DNA from: an uncultured Actinomycetes bacterium
Lineage (GTDB): Bacteria > Actinomycetota > UBA4738 > HRBIN12
Length of the DNA stretch: 64,000 bases
Reading direction: 5' to 3'
Assembly (NCBI GenBank): GCA_963700855.1
Contig: CAVOYV010000001.1
Location: 379,932-443,931, forward strand
Of the stretch, positions 10,623-20,119 are shown piece by piece; position 1 is the first letter of the stretch, and every line of letters starts with the position of its first letter. The position numbers were made by a program, and so were the translations under genes. The notes beneath the pieces were generated by a model. The model saw nothing but the letters and a program-made list of their open reading frames with translations. It made no database searches and was not told where the DNA came from.

Positions 10623-11374
10623 GTCGCCTCCGCCTGCTGGGCACGATGACCTGGGTGGAGCTGCGGCTGTTCGTCCGCGAGCCGATCACGCTGATCTTCG
10701 CGCTGGCCATGCCGCTCGTGATGCTGTTCGTCCTCGGCGAGGTCTTCGGCAACACGCCGGAGACGGACGAGGTGATCTTCCGCGGGGTGGGGGCGATGGA
10801 CTACTACGTGCCCGCGTACGTGGGGCTCACGCTCGCGTCGTTCGGCGTGCTCGCGCTCCCGGTGCACCTGGCGGCGTACCGGGAGCACGGCGTCTTGAGA
10901 CGGTTCCACGCGTCCTCGGTGCCGCTGTGGGCGATCCTCGGCGCGCAGGTGGTCGTGATGCTCGCGATCGCCACGGTCGGGAGCCTCGTGATGGTCGCGG
11001 TCGCGATGCCGCTGTACGACACGGACCTGCCGCGATCCGCCGCGGGCGTGCTGGGCGCCTACCTGCTGAGCGCCCTCTCGTTCGCGGCGCTCGGGGTCCT
11101 GCTCGGCGCACTGCTGCCCACCGCACGGGCAGCGCAGGGGGTGGGCATCATGCTCTTCTTCGTGATGCTGATGCTGGGCGGTGCAGGTCCGCCGCCCGAG
11201 GTCGTCACCGGTCCGCTGCGTGTCGTGGGCGACGTCTTGCCGCTGACCTACGTGGCGCGGCTCCTCCAGGACCCTTGGCTCGGGTTCGCGTGGGACGCGG
11301 GAACGATCGCGTTCGTGGCGGGGGTGACCGTCGCCGCGGGGGTCGGGGCCGCGTTCGGCTTCCGGTGGGAGTAG
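10619..11374 (+). CDS. ABC-2 family transporter permease
   Basis: GTG start overlaps the ATPase stop (GTGA). ~250 aa with six predicted transmembrane helices, as is typical of ABC-2 permeases. Confidence 0.75.
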   Translation: MSRLRLLGTMTWVELRLFVREPITLIFALAMPLVMLFVLGEVFGNTPETDEVIFRGVGAMDYYVPAYVGLTLASFGVLALPVHLAAYREHGVLRRFHASSVPLWAILGAQVVVMLAIATVGSLVMVAVAMPLYDTDLPRSAAGVLGAYLLSALSFAALGVLLGALLPTARAAQGVGIMLFFVMLMLGGAGPPPEVVTGPLRVVGDVLPLTYVARLLQDPWLGFAWDAGTIAFVAGVTVAAGVGAAFGFRWE

Positions 11375-11378
11375 GCGG

Positions 11379-13019
11379 TCAGTCCCGCGGCACGCAGGGG
11401 AGCGTCTCGAGCATCGTCGAAGGGAACGCTGCCTCGAACGCCGGATCGTCGTACTCGTCGGCGGGCCCCGGCCACTGATCGGAGAGCACGTCGCGCTTGT
11501 GCAGGGTCAGGATGAACCGCGAGACGTCCTCGAGGGTCCCGCCCGAGTCGGCGAGCTCCTCGACGTCGATGTGCATCATCGTCGGCTGGGTGAAGGTCAC
11601 CACCTCGGCGTCGTCGCCGTCGTCGAACGCGGCGTTCACGGCGTCGGCGACCCTTCCCGGCGCGATCGCGGTGGCGCCGGAGACGTCTGGGTCCGGCGTG
11701 TGGCCGTGGTCCGATGTGACGGCCACGACCCACTCGCCCTCGCCGACGACCTCGTCGAGCAGCCCCACCAGGTCGCCGAGCGCCTCGTCCTGCGCCCGCA
11801 CCGAGTCGCGCATGTACTCGCTGTTCAGCGTGTGGATGTGGCCGACCTCGTCGGTGAGCTTGTAGTTCAGGAAGAGCATGTCCGGGGTCTCGTCGGTGCC
11901 GAACCCCTCGCGACGGACGACCTCCTCGATCGCTCGCTGCTGGAACGGGATCCGGGCGGGGGTGTGGAAGCCGAACATCGTCCGAGCGTCGTCGATCGGC
12001 TCTTCGCGCCACAGGCCGTCCTGCCGCCCGTCGGCCCGGTCGACCTCGTCGAAGTAGGCGGAGATCGGGGGGAGGTCGTTCACGTAGCTGGGGAGCTCGT
12101 AGAAGGGCTCGACGAGCGGGTTCAGGACCCAGCCGACGCCGTCGCTCCCGAGGGCCGACGGCTTGCCCTGCTGCCGGAGCACCGCGATGTCGCGATCCCC
12201 CCCTCCCCACAGCGAGCCGTGGCTCATCATCCCCAGGTGGAGGTCGACCATCCCCACCGTGCCGACGACGGGCTCGTTGTCCATCGCCCGGTCGTACAGG
12301 TCGGCCAGGGTCGGCGCACCCAGGAAGCGCGAGCCCAGGTCCCAGGGCGCCACCAGGTTCGGCCCGATCCGGAAGTGGTGCCCGATCATGCCGTGGGTAC
12401 GGGTGAACGCGCCGGTGCCCATCGTCGCGTGGATCTGCGCGGTGCTCGGCGGCGAGGAGCCGACCTCGGCGTCCGTGTAGGAGGTCCCCGCGGCGGCCAG
12501 TCCCTCCAGGACGGGCCACGCGTCGGGCCACTCGTCGAGGACCACGTCGCCGGCGCCGTCCCATACGACGACGACCAGCAGCTTCGGCGGCGCGACCCGT
12601 TCGTCTGCGGGCAGGAGCGCCTCCTCGAGCACCGTGCCGTCCGGTGCCGCGAAGTCGAACCCGAGCAGCTCGGCCTGGGTCGGCGCGAGGTCGGCGAGCG
12701 TCACCCGTCGGTCGACGTCCCCCGCGGGGGCGATGTGCCCAGGTCCGTACCAGACCAGAGGAACGTCCGCGATGTAGTCCCATGGCCCCGAGTGAGGGAG
12801 GCCGCCCTGACCGATGAAGTCGGGCTCGGGCGTGAGGAGCTGGATGTTCCCCGAGCGGTCGGGTCGGTACCCGCGCCACGTCCGCTGCAGGAGCTCGGGG
12901 TCGACCGCGCACACCACGGCCTCGAGGTCGTCCTCGGCGTTCTGTGAGGTCGCCGGCGTGAGTCCCACGCCGAGCGAACCAGCGAGCACGACCATCAGCA
13001 CGGCGAGCCGGCGTGTCAT
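11379..13019 (-). CDS. alkaline-phosphatase-superfamily protein (type I phosphodiesterase / nucleotide pyrophosphatase-like), secreted
   Basis: Signal peptide. Metal-ligand motifs VVVWDGAGD and TSDHGH are characteristic of the AP superfamily. Confidence 0.75.
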   Translation of the reverse strand: MTRRLAVLMVVLAGSLGVGLTPATSQNAEDDLEAVVCAVDPELLQRTWRGYRPDRSGNIQLLTPEPDFIGQGGLPHSGPWDYIADVPLVWYGPGHIAPAGDVDRRVTLADLAPTQAELLGFDFAAPDGTVLEEALLPADERVAPPKLLVVVVWDGAGDVVLDEWPDAWPVLEGLAAAGTSYTDAEVGSSPPSTAQIHATMGTGAFTRTHGMIGHHFRIGPNLVAPWDLGSRFLGAPTLADLYDRAMDNEPVVGTVGMVDLHLGMMSHGSLWGGGDRDIAVLRQQGKPSALGSDGVGWVLNPLVEPFYELPSYVNDLPPISAYFDEVDRADGRQDGLWREEPIDDARTMFGFHTPARIPFQQRAIEEVVRREGFGTDETPDMLFLNYKLTDEVGHIHTLNSEYMRDSVRAQDEALGDLVGLLDEVVGEGEWVVAVTSDHGHTPDPDVSGATAIAPGRVADAVNAAFDDGDDAEVVTFTQPTMMHIDVEELADSGGTLEDVSRFILTLHKRDVLSDQWPGPADEYDDPAFEAAFPSTMLETLPCVPRD

Positions 13020-13471
13020 GCCCCTGCTCCATCCACGGGAACGAACGCCCCGAAGTCGTCATCGCCCAGGACCAGGAAGACCATCCCGATCGGCGGCGGC
13101 TCCTCGTCGAAGGCGACCTCGAAGGTCGCGGCGGGACCCGGGGCGATCGGAGCGGGGTCGCGCGTCGTGAGCTCGACCCGCTCGCCATCGTCGGCGGTGA
13201 ACAGATAGAGGCCTGGCTCGCCGAGCTCGACGTCGGTGTCGTTGCGGACCCGGAGCTCTCCGACGACGCCTTCGAGCGTCAGCACCGCCGCGACGCCCAG
13301 GCCTTCGTAGCGGTAGCTGCCCGGCGGGGCCGCGATCGTCGAGGTTTCGGTCGGCGCCTGCGTCGGGAGCGACGGGTCAGGCGTCGGGTCGGTCTCGCCC
13401 CCGTCGCACGCGGTCATCATCAGCACCGCGAGGGGGACGAGGACCGCGCGCAGGATGCGGGAGCGATCCAT
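13016..13471 (-). CDS. hypothetical lipoprotein (lipobox MMTAC)
   Basis: Internal ATG at 13471 gives MDRSRILRAVLVPLAVLMMTACDGG... The stop overlaps the start of the downstream phosphodiesterase-like gene (ATGA). Confidence 0.5.
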   Translation of the reverse strand: MDRSRILRAVLVPLAVLMMTACDGGETDPTPDPSLPTQAPTETSTIAAPPGSYRYEGLGVAAVLTLEGVVGELRVRNDTDVELGEPGLYLFTADDGERVELTTRDPAPIAPGPAATFEVAFDEEPPPIGMVFLVLGDDDFGAFVPVDGAGA

Positions 13472-13499
13472 CCGCCCGAGGCTAGCAGCCGTGGTGAGA

Positions 13500-14414
13500 T
13501 CAGCCGCGGAGTGCGCCGCGAGCGGCGTCGGCGCTCCCGACGGCGACGGCACGGACGTCGGGGTCGATCCGCTTCATCAGCTTCGTGAGGACGTCGCCTG
13601 AGCCCGCCTCGAGGAACGCGGTCGCACCGGCGGCGATCAGGTGGCGGATGCCCGTCTCCCACCGAACCGGCGAGACGACCTGGCGACCGACGAGTTCGCG
13701 CAGCCGGGCTTCGTCGGTGACGAGCTCACCGGTGACGTTCTCCGCCAGGGGGACCCGTGGGTCGTGCAGTCCGAGCGCAGCGAGCGCCTCAAGGACCGGC
13801 TGAGCGGCGGGGCGCATCAGCTCGCTGTGGAAGGCGCCCGCGACGGGCAGCCGGATGGCTCGGATCTTGCGAGACCTCGCGAGCGCTTCGAGGCGCTCGA
13901 TCGCGACGACGTCGCCGCTGGCGACCGACTGCGCGGGGGAGTTCTGGTTCGCGACCACGAGCTCGTCGGCGCCCCGAGCCTCGGCACACAGCGCCTCTGC
14001 GTCGTCTCCGCCGACCCCCAGGAGCGCGACCATGGCTCCGGGGCGCGACTCGGCGGCCCGCTGCATCGCTTCGCCGCGGACCACGACGAGACCGAGGGCG
14101 TCAGGAAGCGTCATCGAGCCGGCGGCCACGAGGGCTGCGAACTCGCCGAGCGAATGGCCGGCCACCCCGACGACGTCGCGCAGGCCCTCGGCCTCGAGCA
14201 CGCGGAACGCCGCCACGTCGCATGCCAACAGTGCCGGCTGGACGAACTCGGTCGTCGCGAGGGCGCCTGCGTCGTGGCATCCGGCCACGACGTCGCGCCC
14301 TATCGCCTCGGAGGCCCCATCGAGCACCGCTGCCCCCGCCGGGTGCGACGCCCAGGGATCGGCCATCCCGACGTACTGCGACCCCTGTCCCGGGAAGATC
14401 ACCGCGTACGACAT
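13500..14414 (-). CDS. fabD: malonyl CoA-ACP transacylase
   Basis: 304 aa with the GHSLGE active-site motif and FPGQGSQ N-terminus. Confidence 0.9.
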   Translation of the reverse strand: MSYAVIFPGQGSQYVGMADPWASHPAGAAVLDGASEAIGRDVVAGCHDAGALATTEFVQPALLACDVAAFRVLEAEGLRDVVGVAGHSLGEFAALVAAGSMTLPDALGLVVVRGEAMQRAAESRPGAMVALLGVGGDDAEALCAEARGADELVVANQNSPAQSVASGDVVAIERLEALARSRKIRAIRLPVAGAFHSELMRPAAQPVLEALAALGLHDPRVPLAENVTGELVTDEARLRELVGRQVVSPVRWETGIRHLIAAGATAFLEAGSGDVLTKLMKRIDPDVRAVAVGSADAARGALRG

Positions 14415-14583
14415 GGCGGGCAGCCTATCGAGCGGGCGTCCTCGGTGTGTCGGGCATGTGGTTTCGCTTCCGTGAGGTTGCCGAGGTCACACCGTCTCCT
14501 GTTGAATGACCGGCGGAGATCCCATGGCCGAGCGGATCCAACGACCTTCTTCCCCCACGCCCCGGTCCTCCGGGACGGAGGGG

Positions 14584-15609
14584 GTGCTCGGGTTCCTAGG
14601 GCGCGACATGGCAGTCGACCTGGGGACCGCGAACACACTCGTCTACGTGCGCGGACGCGGCGTGGTCCTGAACGAGCCGTCCGTCGTCGCGATCAACACG
14701 CTCACCGGCGCGATCCTCGCGGTCGGCGCCGAGGCCAAGCGGATGATCGGTCGCACCCCCAGCCACATCCAGGCGGTGCGTCCGTTGAAGGACGGCGTGA
14801 TCGCCGACTTCGACGTGACCGAGAAGATGCTCCGCTACTTCATCCAGCGGGTGCACAAGCGTCGGCTCCTCGCGAAGCCTCGTGTGGTCGTCTGCGTCCC
14901 GTCCGGCATCACCGGCGTGGAGCAGCGCGCGGTCGAGGAGGCCACGATCGCGGCGGGCAGCCGCCGCGCCTACATCATCGAGGAGCCGATGGCCGCCGCG
15001 ATCGGCGCCGGGCTCCCGATCCACGAACCCACCGGCAACATGGTCGTCGACATCGGCGGCGGCACGACCGAGGTCGCCGTGATCTCTCTCGGCGGCATCG
15101 TCACGTCGACCAGCATCCGGATCGGCGGCGACGAGCTCGACGAGGCGATCATCCAGCACGTGAAGAAGGAGTACTCGCTCCTGCTGGGCGAGCGCACGTC
15201 CGAGGCGATCAAGCTCGCGATCGCGAGCGTCTTCCCGATGCCCGAGGAACTGGTCGCCGAGATCAAGGGCCGTGACCTGGTCAGCGGGCTGCCGAAGACG
15301 ATCACGATCACCGCGGAGGAGATCCGCCGGGCGATCGAAGAGCCGGTGAACGCCATCATCGACGCCATCAAGACCACGCTCGATCGGACCCCCCCGGAGC
15401 TGTCGGCCGACATCATGGACCGCGGCATCGTCCTGACCGGCGGCGGCGCGTTGCTGCGCGGCCTGGACAAACGGTTGCGGCACGAGACCGGCATGCCGGT
15501 CCGCATCTCCGACACACCGCTGCAGGCGGTCGTGCTGGGCTCGGGCAAGTGCCTCGAGGAGTTCGAGGTCCTGCAGCGTGTCCTGGTGAGCCCGAGCACC
15601 CGGCGGTAA
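14584..15609 (+). CDS. mreB: rod-shape-determining protein MreB (start GTG 14584 proposed; upstream in-frame ATGs at 14506 and 14524 possible)
   Basis: Actin-fold motifs DLGTANT and DIGGGTTEVAV are present. There is strong similarity to MreB throughout, and GGAGGGGG lies upstream of the GTG. Confidence 0.9.
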   Translation: MLGFLGRDMAVDLGTANTLVYVRGRGVVLNEPSVVAINTLTGAILAVGAEAKRMIGRTPSHIQAVRPLKDGVIADFDVTEKMLRYFIQRVHKRRLLAKPRVVVCVPSGITGVEQRAVEEATIAAGSRRAYIIEEPMAAAIGAGLPIHEPTGNMVVDIGGGTTEVAVISLGGIVTSTSIRIGGDELDEAIIQHVKKEYSLLLGERTSEAIKLAIASVFPMPEELVAEIKGRDLVSGLPKTITITAEEIRRAIEEPVNAIIDAIKTTLDRTPPELSADIMDRGIVLTGGGALLRGLDKRLRHETGMPVRISDTPLQAVVLGSGKCLEEFEVLQRVLVSPSTRR

Positions 15610-15615
15610 CCGCTG

Positions 15616-16500
15616 GTGGCCGTCGGCCGTCCACGCCCCCGCAGCACGCGGCTCCTGGTCGTCGGGCTCGTCTCCGCCTCGCTGGCGATCATCACCCTCG
15701 ACTACCGGCAGGGCGCCGACGGGCCCCTCGCGGCGGTCGGGGCGCAGGCCCAGGCGTTCATGGCCCCCCTCCAGCGCGCGGTCACGACGGTCACCGAGCC
15801 CATCGGCGACTTCTTCAGCGGCCTCGCGAACCTCCCCTCGCTCCAGGATGAGAACGAACGGCTGAAGCGCGAGCTCGCGGACTCCCAGACCCAGGCGGCG
15901 CGCAACGCCGAGCTGCAGAGCGACTACCAGGCGATGCTCGATCTGCTCGAGCTCAAGGGCACGCTCGATCCGACCGGTGTCCCCGCGGTCGTCATCGGCA
16001 GCGGGGTGTCGAACTTCGACTGGTCGATCACGATCGACGCTGGCGCGAACGACGGGGTCGACGTGGACATGCCCGTCGTGACCGGCACGACCGAAGCGCC
16101 CCGGCTGGTCGGTATCGTCGTCGCGGCGAACCCGTCGTCCTCCGAGGTCCAGCTCCTGATCGATCGCGACTACCGGGTCGGCGGGGAGCTGAGCGTGTCG
16201 GGCGAGACCGGGATCGTGATCGGCCAGGGTGACGACGACCTCCGCATGGACCTGATCTCACCCGGGACCGAGATCGACATCGAGACCGAGCCGGTCCAGG
16301 TCTTCACGACGAGCTACGAGGTGGGAGAGGCGACCGGCCTGTACCCGCCGAACATCCTGATCGGTTCGGTGTCAAGGGTGTTCGAGGGGACGAACGAGAT
16401 CCAGACGGCGGTCTCGGTCCGCCCGGCGGTGGACTTCTCGGCCCTCGAGTTCGTCTTGGTGCTGCGGCGAGGATCCGAGGTGGGGGGGTCGGAGGGATGA
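15616..16500 (+). CDS. mreC: rod-shape-determining protein MreC
   Basis: GTG start 7 nt after the mreB stop. N-terminal transmembrane segment, then a coiled coil (LQDENERLKRELADSQ) and a beta-rich C-terminal domain. Confidence 0.85.
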   Translation: MAVGRPRPRSTRLLVVGLVSASLAIITLDYRQGADGPLAAVGAQAQAFMAPLQRAVTTVTEPIGDFFSGLANLPSLQDENERLKRELADSQTQAARNAELQSDYQAMLDLLELKGTLDPTGVPAVVIGSGVSNFDWSITIDAGANDGVDVDMPVVTGTTEAPRLVGIVVAANPSSSEVQLLIDRDYRVGGELSVSGETGIVIGQGDDDLRMDLISPGTEIDIETEPVQVFTTSYEVGEATGLYPPNILIGSVSRVFEGTNEIQTAVSVRPAVDFSALEFVLVLRRGSEVGGSEG

Positions 16501-17006
16501 TCCGGCGCGCCTTCGCGATCGTGGTCGTGGTGATCACCGCGCTGCTGCTGCAGTCGACGATCTTCGCCGACCTGCGGCTCCTCGGGGTCCGGCCCGAGCT
16601 CCTGTTCCTCGTGACGATCGTGCTCGCCCTGTTGGAGGGCCCGAACGAGGGGGCGATCGTGGGCTTCGCGAGCGGGCTCGCCCAGGACTTCCTGTTGAAC
16701 GAACCGAAGGGGATCACCGCGCTCACGCTGACCCTCCTGGGATACGGGGTCGGGATGGCGCGGCAGTTCATCGTGTCGCCCTCGCCCCTGCTGCCGACGG
16801 CGATCGTGTTCGTGGGCACCGCAGCGGGTATCGCGTTCCAGGAGGTGGTCTCGTTCCTGCTGGGAACCTTCAACCATCCCGTGACGTATGCCGTGAAGGT
16901 GGCGTTGTTGTCGGCCGCGTACAACGCTGTGCTCACGCCGATCGTGTACCCGTTGCTCCGACGCCTCTCCGAGGGGGCGCGTCCGCGGAAGGTGGCCCGG
17001 TTCTAG
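16497..17006 (+). CDS. mreD: rod-shape-determining protein MreD
   Basis: Overlaps the mreC stop (ATGA). The 169-aa polytopic membrane protein sits at the expected operon position. Confidence 0.8.
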   Translation: MIRRAFAIVVVVITALLLQSTIFADLRLLGVRPELLFLVTIVLALLEGPNEGAIVGFASGLAQDFLLNEPKGITALTLTLLGYGVGMARQFIVSPSPLLPTAIVFVGTAAGIAFQEVVSFLLGTFNHPVTYAVKVALLSAAYNAVLTPIVYPLLRRLSEGARPRKVARF

Positions 17007-17021
17007 ATGGGGAAGCTCTAG

Positions 17022-18977
17022 GTGGAGAAGGCAACATCGAGGCTGCGGGTGCTCGCGCTGCTGGTGGCGCTGATGTTCGTGGCCCTCACCGCACGCCTGT
17101 GGTTCTTGCAGGTCCTCGCCTCCCCCGAGCTCAACCGCAGGGCCCGCGATAACCGCGTGTCGTTCGAGTACACGAACCCGCTGCGAGGCAGGATCGTCGA
17201 CGCCTCGGGCGACCCGATCGTCGAGAACCAGGGGAGCCTGGAGGTCCGCGTCAACCGTCAGGAGATGGGCGATCAGGCCGAGGCGGTGATCTACCGGCTG
17301 GCGCAGCTGCTCGACGTCGACTCCGCCGTGCTCGTCGAGGAGCTCCAGGACCCGCGGTACCTCCCGGTCCAGGCGATCCCCGTGGCCGAGTTCGTCGACA
17401 CAAGGCCCTCGAAGCCGGGCGTGACCCCTTTCGGCGAGCGGGTCGCGATGTACATCTCGGAGCACCAGCGCGACTTCCCCGGTGTGACCGTCGAGCCCGC
17501 GAGCGTGCGTGCGTACCCGTTCCAGCGCCTGGCTGCTCACATCTTGGGCTTCGTCGGGCTGATCCAGAAGGAGGATCTCGAGGCGCTCGATGGCAAGGGC
17601 GACTACGGACTGAACGACGTGATCGGCCGGGCGGGGCTCGAGGAGATCTACGAGCGATACCTCCGAGGCGAGCGCGGGATCCGCCGGTTCGTCGTCAACT
17701 CCGACGGCGAGGTCCTGCGCTCGCTGAACTCGGTCGACGCGACGCCTGGAGCCGACGTGCACCTCAACATCGAGATCGACGACCAGCGGGCGGCCGAGGC
17801 GTCCCTCGCCGAGGGCCTCCAGCGGGCTCGAACGCTGGACGACTCGCAGGGCCGTCAGATCCGCGCGAACGCGGGGGTCGTGATCGTGATGGATGCGGAC
17901 ACCGGCGCGATCCGCGCCACCGCGTCGCTCCCGACCTTCAACCCGGCCTGGTACGTGAAGGGCCTGAGCCCGATGCAGCAGGCGTACCTCTCGAACCCCG
18001 AGCTGGCACCGTCGCTGAACCGCGTGATCCAGCCCTACGTGCCCGGGTCCACCTTCAAACCGATCACGGCGCTCGCCGCGATCGGGGACGGGATCGCCTC
18101 GACCACCGGCTCCTACCTGTGCAGTTCCGACTACACGCACCCGGGTGACACGTCGGGGGCGGTCTTCACGAACTGGACGACCTCGAACACCTACATGTCG
18201 ATCGCGGAGGCGCTCCGCCTGTCCTGCGACACGGTGTTCTACCGGTTCGGATCCGCGTTCTACGAGTCCTACGTCGACAACCAGCTCGCACCCGATGCGC
18301 AGCTGCTCCAGAAGGCCCTGCGGACGTGGGGCTTCGATGAGCCGACCGGTGTCGACATGCTGGGGGAGGACGGGGGGTTGGTGCCCGACGCTGAGTGGGC
18401 CGAGACCGCGGAGACGGCCGAAGGCGATCCGCTCTTCCCCTTCGGGTGGGTTCCGGGCGGGGACATCCTCACGATGATCGGCGCGACGTACCCGACCGCG
18501 ACCCCGTTGCAGATGGCGCAGGCCTACGGAGCGATCGCGAACGGGGGCAGGATCTGCCGTCCCTTCCTTGCCGATGAGGTCGTCGCCCCCGACGGCAAGG
18601 TCGTGAAGGACATCAAGCCCCGGTGCGACCGTCAGCTCCCGTACAGCGGGACGGAACTTCAGTACATCCGCAACGCCTTGTACCAGGTGGTCGACACGGG
18701 GACCGCGAACTGCGCGTTCGCCGGGTTCCCCCTGTCGGAGGTGCCGGTGATGGGGAAGACCGGCACGGCCGAGCGTGGGTCGGAGCAGTTCCAGGACACG
18801 TCGTGGTTCGGCGCGATGGTCGGTCCGCTCGACGATCCCGACTACGTCGTGATCACGATGGTCGAGCAGGGCGGGTTCGGTGGCCAGGTGGCCGCGCCGA
18901 TCACGCGAGACGTGATCGAAAGGATCGAGGGCCTCGAGGACAGCCCACAACCCGGATGCGGGGAGGCGGACGGCTGA
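17022..18977 (+). CDS. mrdA: penicillin-binding protein 2 (elongasome transpeptidase)
   Basis: GTG start. Transpeptidase motifs STFK, SSD-like and KTGTA are present, along with an N-terminal transmembrane segment. Confidence 0.9.
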   Translation: MEKATSRLRVLALLVALMFVALTARLWFLQVLASPELNRRARDNRVSFEYTNPLRGRIVDASGDPIVENQGSLEVRVNRQEMGDQAEAVIYRLAQLLDVDSAVLVEELQDPRYLPVQAIPVAEFVDTRPSKPGVTPFGERVAMYISEHQRDFPGVTVEPASVRAYPFQRLAAHILGFVGLIQKEDLEALDGKGDYGLNDVIGRAGLEEIYERYLRGERGIRRFVVNSDGEVLRSLNSVDATPGADVHLNIEIDDQRAAEASLAEGLQRARTLDDSQGRQIRANAGVVIVMDADTGAIRATASLPTFNPAWYVKGLSPMQQAYLSNPELAPSLNRVIQPYVPGSTFKPITALAAIGDGIASTTGSYLCSSDYTHPGDTSGAVFTNWTTSNTYMSIAEALRLSCDTVFYRFGSAFYESYVDNQLAPDAQLLQKALRTWGFDEPTGVDMLGEDGGLVPDAEWAETAETAEGDPLFPFGWVPGGDILTMIGATYPTATPLQMAQAYGAIANGGRICRPFLADEVVAPDGKVVKDIKPRCDRQLPYSGTELQYIRNALYQVVDTGTANCAFAGFPLSEVPVMGKTGTAERGSEQFQDTSWFGAMVGPLDDPDYVVITMVEQGGFGGQVAAPITRDVIERIEGLEDSPQPGCGEADG

Positions 18978-20119
18978 TGGACATCGTCGCCGGTCGCGTC
19001 TGGTCCGATGAGCGTCGGCCGATACGCCATGTGGACTGGTTCTTGATCGCGCTCGTGCTCGCGATGGTCGTCGTCGGGCTGTTCCTCCTGTACTCGGCCA
19101 CGAACCAGACCCTTCGGCAAGACAGGCTCGACCCGTTCTCCCGCGTCAACAAGCAGGCGGTCGCTGCGCTGATCGGGCTGGCGCTCGCGATGGTGATCGC
19201 CACGTTCGACTACCGGTTCTTCAAGGTCTACGCCGGGTTCATCTACGCGGCGACCGTGATGCTGATGGCGTTGTTGCTCGTGCCGGGTGTCGCCTCGGAC
19301 ACCGGCGCGTACATCGACATCCCCGGTTTCACCCTGTTCCAGATCACCCCGCCCGAGTTCGCGAAGCTGGGCGTCCTCGTGATGGTCGCGGCCTACCTGT
19401 CGGAGCTGCGGACGCCGCAGCCCGAGGCGCACGACGTGGGACGGGTCGTCCTGTACGCGGGCATCGGGCTCGCGCTGATGATCGCGAACGTCGAGATCGG
19501 CAGCGCGATCGCGCTTGCGGCGATGGTGGGCGCCGTGCTCGTGGTGGCCGGCGCGCGCGCGAAGCACCTGGCCGTGCTGGCCCTGGCCGCGATCGTGCTG
19601 ATCGTGCTCGCGTTCCAGCTGCACGTGATCAGGGAGTATCAGCTCGACCGGATGAGGGTCTTCGTGGACCCCGAGTCGGTGAGCGAGGACGTCCGGTACA
19701 ACCTGGACCAGTCGCTGATCGCCGTCGGGTCGGGCGGGATGCTCGGGAAGGGGTACCTCGAGGGGAGCCAGACGAGCCTCGACTACGTGCCCGAGCAGCA
19801 CACCGACTTCATCTTCACCGCCGCCGCCGAGGAGTTCGGCTTCGTGGGGTCGCTCTTCGTGTTGGTGCTGTTCGGTCTCTTGCTGTGGCGCGCGATCAGG
19901 ATCGCCTCGCTGTCGAAGGATCCGTTCGGGACCTACGTCGCGTCGGGCATCGCGATGATGTTCGCGATCCAGATGTTCGTGAACGTGGGGATGGTGATCG
20001 GGATCATGCCGATCACCGGGATCCCGCTGCCGTTCCTGAGCTACGGCGGGTCATCGATGCTCGCGAGCTTCATCGCGATCGGGATGCTCGAGAGCATCCA
20101 CATGCGCCGGTTCAAGTGA
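18977..20119 (+). CDS. rodA: FtsW/RodA/SpoVE-family peptidoglycan glycosyltransferase (RodA)
   Basis: ATG overlaps the mrdA stop (TGATG). Polytopic membrane protein at the end of the mreBCD-mrdA-rodA operon. Confidence 0.9.
   Translation: MDIVAGRVWSDERRPIRHVDWFLIALVLAMVVVGLFLLYSATNQTLRQDRLDPFSRVNKQAVAALIGLALAMVIATFDYRFFKVYAGFIYAATVMLMALLLVPGVASDTGAYIDIPGFTLFQITPPEFAKLGVLVMVAAYLSELRTPQPEAHDVGRVVLYAGIGLALMIANVEIGSAIALAAMVGAVLVVAGARAKHLAVLALAAIVLIVLAFQLHVIREYQLDRMRVFVDPESVSEDVRYNLDQSLIAVGSGGMLGKGYLEGSQTSLDYVPEQHTDFIFTAAAEEFGFVGSLFVLVLFGLLLWRAIRIASLSKDPFGTYVASGIAMMFAIQMFVNVGMVIGIMPITGIPLPFLSYGGSSMLASFIAIGMLESIHMRRFK

Noticed and set aside
9305-11374. Single 689-aa fused ABC ATPase-permease ORF
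   Set aside because: The N-terminal extension upstream of ATG 9707 overlaps fabH on the other strand. The middle (~10420-10620) is out-of-frame low-complexity text. The true ATPase C-terminus (…EQPTLEDVFLRLTEGEGER*) is in another frame and ends in a GTGA junction with the permease start. These are two genes plus one frameshift.
16314-18950. 878-aa minus-strand ORF antisense to mrdA
   Set aside because: Typical high-GC antisense open frame with Arg/Gly/Pro-rich, low-complexity translation and no motifs. The sense strand encodes an unmistakable PBP2.
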